Origin: Mytilus californianus
Lineage: Eukaryota
Length of the DNA: 64,000 bases
NCBI RefSeq assembly: GCF_021869535.1
Contig: NW_026262679.1
Span: 87,978,001-88,042,000, forward strand
Direction: 5' to 3'
The translations under genes and the position numbers were made by a program. Under the pieces are notes generated by a model that saw only the letters and a program-made list of their open reading frames with translations, was not told where the DNA came from and did no database searches. Shown piece after piece: positions 61,378 to 64,000 of the stretch. Within the stretch, counting starts at the first letter, position 1. Every line of letters starts with the position of its first letter.

Positions 61378-61680
61378 GATATAGGAAGATGTGGTATGAG
61401 TGCCAATGAGACAACTCTTCATCCAAGTAACAATTTATAAAAGTAAACCATTATAGGTCAAGGTACGGCCTTCAACACGTAGCATTGGCTCACACCGAAC
61501 AGCAAGCTTTAAAGGGCCCCAAAAATTACTAGTGTAAAACCATTCAAACGGGACAACCAACGGTCTAATCTATATAAAAACGAGAAACGGGAACACGTAT
61601 GAACTACATAATCAGACGACAACTACTGTACATCATATTCCTGACTTAGGACAGGTGCAAACATTTGAAGCGGGACTAAG
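61378..61680 (+). repeat. Abundant dispersed repeat downstream of the SMPDL3 stop codon
   Basis: Nearly identical to 27567-27772 over about 170 bp. Confidence 0.75.
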
Positions 61681-64000
61681 AATACAAATAAATTTTTACC
61701 CTTTCGCTTGGAATAAGAAACATTTAAAATGGGTGAAGGTGGAGGGGTGTAAATCACTTACAGCTGATGTATTCAAAATCAACCATATCATTGTTGAAGG
61801 CCGTACAGTTGCCTTTAATTGCTTACATCCACTTCATTTGAACTTTGGTGGATAGTTGTCTCATTGGCAATTATACCACATCTCCTTATTTTTAAACATA
61901 TCGTACATTTGTAAATGAAACAATCGTTGTCGGTAAACTTTAGAAATATAAAAAAAAAATGTGCATCTTTTAAGGCATGACATATTATCTGTGTAGAGAA
62001 CTTCTATTTTGTATGCAAAGATTATAAACATAATATGAAGTTTACTGTGAATTTCAAATGTTTATTGATTGAACAGAAAATAGGAAATTGCTGAGACATG
62101 TTTCCATTATACTTTACATGGGGTTTAATTTTTCATACCAACCACATCCTCTGATTATCATAAAACATAATTTTCTGTTAAGAAAATGAAGTGCAAAAAA
62201 AAAAAATTGTTTACTGAATAGGGTTATTTGCTACTCCAGTCATACACATTTTTTGCTATTTGCTAGACGTGATGCTACCAAAGCTTATAGTTATAATGAG
62301 ATCCATAATTTGTGTTTAAACTATTGCTGTGATAATTGAACCTCCGGGTTCGTGGAATCTTTTTAACGAACCAATGCTTATTCATTGTATCTACATTATA
62401 AAAGCCTCTTAATTGTATTCTTTTCCGTAAGACTAATATACAGTTTACATCTTTATTACTTGCGTATCATAAAGTTTTGTCAGAACAATCGTCTGCATAT
62501 TGTTTATATCTGTAATATGTTTCTTGAATAAATATTTATTTTTTATTATTTATTTGTATACTGTCAATCCTAAGATTTATTGTTCAAATGTGCATTCACA
62601 TATAAATATGATCATATTTTGTCCGTCGGTACCTACACGAAGATTGTGGTGAGATTTATCAATAATCATTATACATAGGATTTTTATAAAATTTGATTCA
62701 TGAAACACACTCGTACTTGACTCTATTAGATGCATAGGTTGTTACTATGCGATGTTTCAGAACCCCTAAAGTAAATAGCCGACTTTAGTTTTTGCGTTAT
62801 CGTAGTCACTAGCAGATGTCACACCCCAATTAAATATCGACATGGGTGTATAAACATTTCATAAACATTGTATGAGGGTACACTTTGATGGGGTTTACAG
62901 AATCGAGAATAATTGTCCATTACTATAGAAAATTAGACAAAACATAAAGCCGGAAAAGAGGAAAATAGACCAATTTTCAAAGGTAGAACGAATGTCTTCT
63001 GGCATCTTGGATTGTAAAATAGCCGAACACAATTGGTCCTGATCTTTAATGAAATATGCAACTGTTGAAGAATGCAATTTATTTTACATCTAAAAGAGAA
63101 AAAAAATATGTGTTTTATTATTGTTACGACTGTTTTTACAAAAACAGAATGTTTTGTTTTGATTTTATTCAATCCTTTTATTTAATTTCGGCGTACAAGG
63201 GGAAACAATTCAGATATCAAACATTTATAGAGGAACATACAGTATTTTTTTTAAGGCAGTGGCTATTCAGTTGCCGGCTTCCTTAGCGCTATTTATATAG
63301 AGTCATGCTATTTTGCCGGTCTTATTTCAGATTTTTCTTCAGACTAGATGACATTAAATTTTTATTGAAACTAAAGTCAGCGGTTGATGACAGTCTGGTG
63401 ATAGAGGAGGAACACATATCAACCCCGCCCTAAAATAGTTTCAAGTACGCGTCCTGAGACAAACTAGTGAATATAAAATTGATAAAAAAATACCGATATT
63501 GTAAAGACGATGCATGGAAATCTATTGACTGCATCTTTTCTATGAAAGTTGAATATAATTTATAAATCTGCAATTTTTGTAAATGTGATGCAGACGTAAA
63601 AAACATACCACATCTCCTTATTTTTATATAAGTGTAATGCGCAGTTCATGTCTGCATTGGCAGCATCCTCCTTTTGCAAGACTAAAATATGCCCCAAAAG
63701 GAAGGCACTGGTTTTGTAACACTTGTAAAGCATTTTGAGGTGGTTGAATGTTACTTTTGATTTAAAAACTTATAGGATATTTTTATTGAAATGTTTAGTT
63801 ATAATGTCGATTTTAATATGCATGCTTTGCTTAATGTGTATTATATTAAAAAAAAAGACATATTTTTTTAGAGACTTCTTATTATAACAGTAAAGAATAT
63901 CAATTTCAATATGCATGCTTTGCTTATTTATAAATGCTTTAAGAAGGCATGTTTTTTAGAGGTTTTTTTTTATTAAACTGTATGTTTCTATATTTTTCTA

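Overview
AT-rich, intron-containing animal genomic DNA. A bivalve, most likely Mytilus, is inferred from the repeat families and the TRIM-like gene type; this is recognition, not a database result. Four complete protein-coding genes were reconstructed by hand with GT-AG introns and consistent phases: (1) a single-coding-exon, RING-less B-box/coiled-coil/NHL-propeller TRIM-like gene (+, 8502-10202); (2) CHID1 (-, 11 coding exons, 383 aa); (3) cofactor-dependent phosphoglycerate mutase PGAM (+, 6 exons, 251 aa), head-to-head with CHID1; (4) an SMPDL3-like acid sphingomyelinase-like phosphodiesterase with signal peptide and GPI-like tail (+, 6 exons, 453 aa). The window opens with the 3' exons of an unidentified, possibly disabled gene. 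The rest is dense in mobile DNA: Helentron-type non-autonomous elements, Kolobok-like (TTAA), Harbinger-like (TTA), mariner-like (TA) and IS3EU-like (6-bp TSD) MITEs, Penelope-like and RTE retroelement relics, a MULE transposase pseudogene, and several tandem arrays. I found no clear-cut new biological system. The most unusual items are a minisatellite built from a CHID1 exon/donor junction (a series of decoy splice donors), a degenerate minimal hammerhead ribozyme, IS3EU-like elements filled with palindromic arrays, and a candidate poison exon in SMPDL3. All coordinates were counted by eye.
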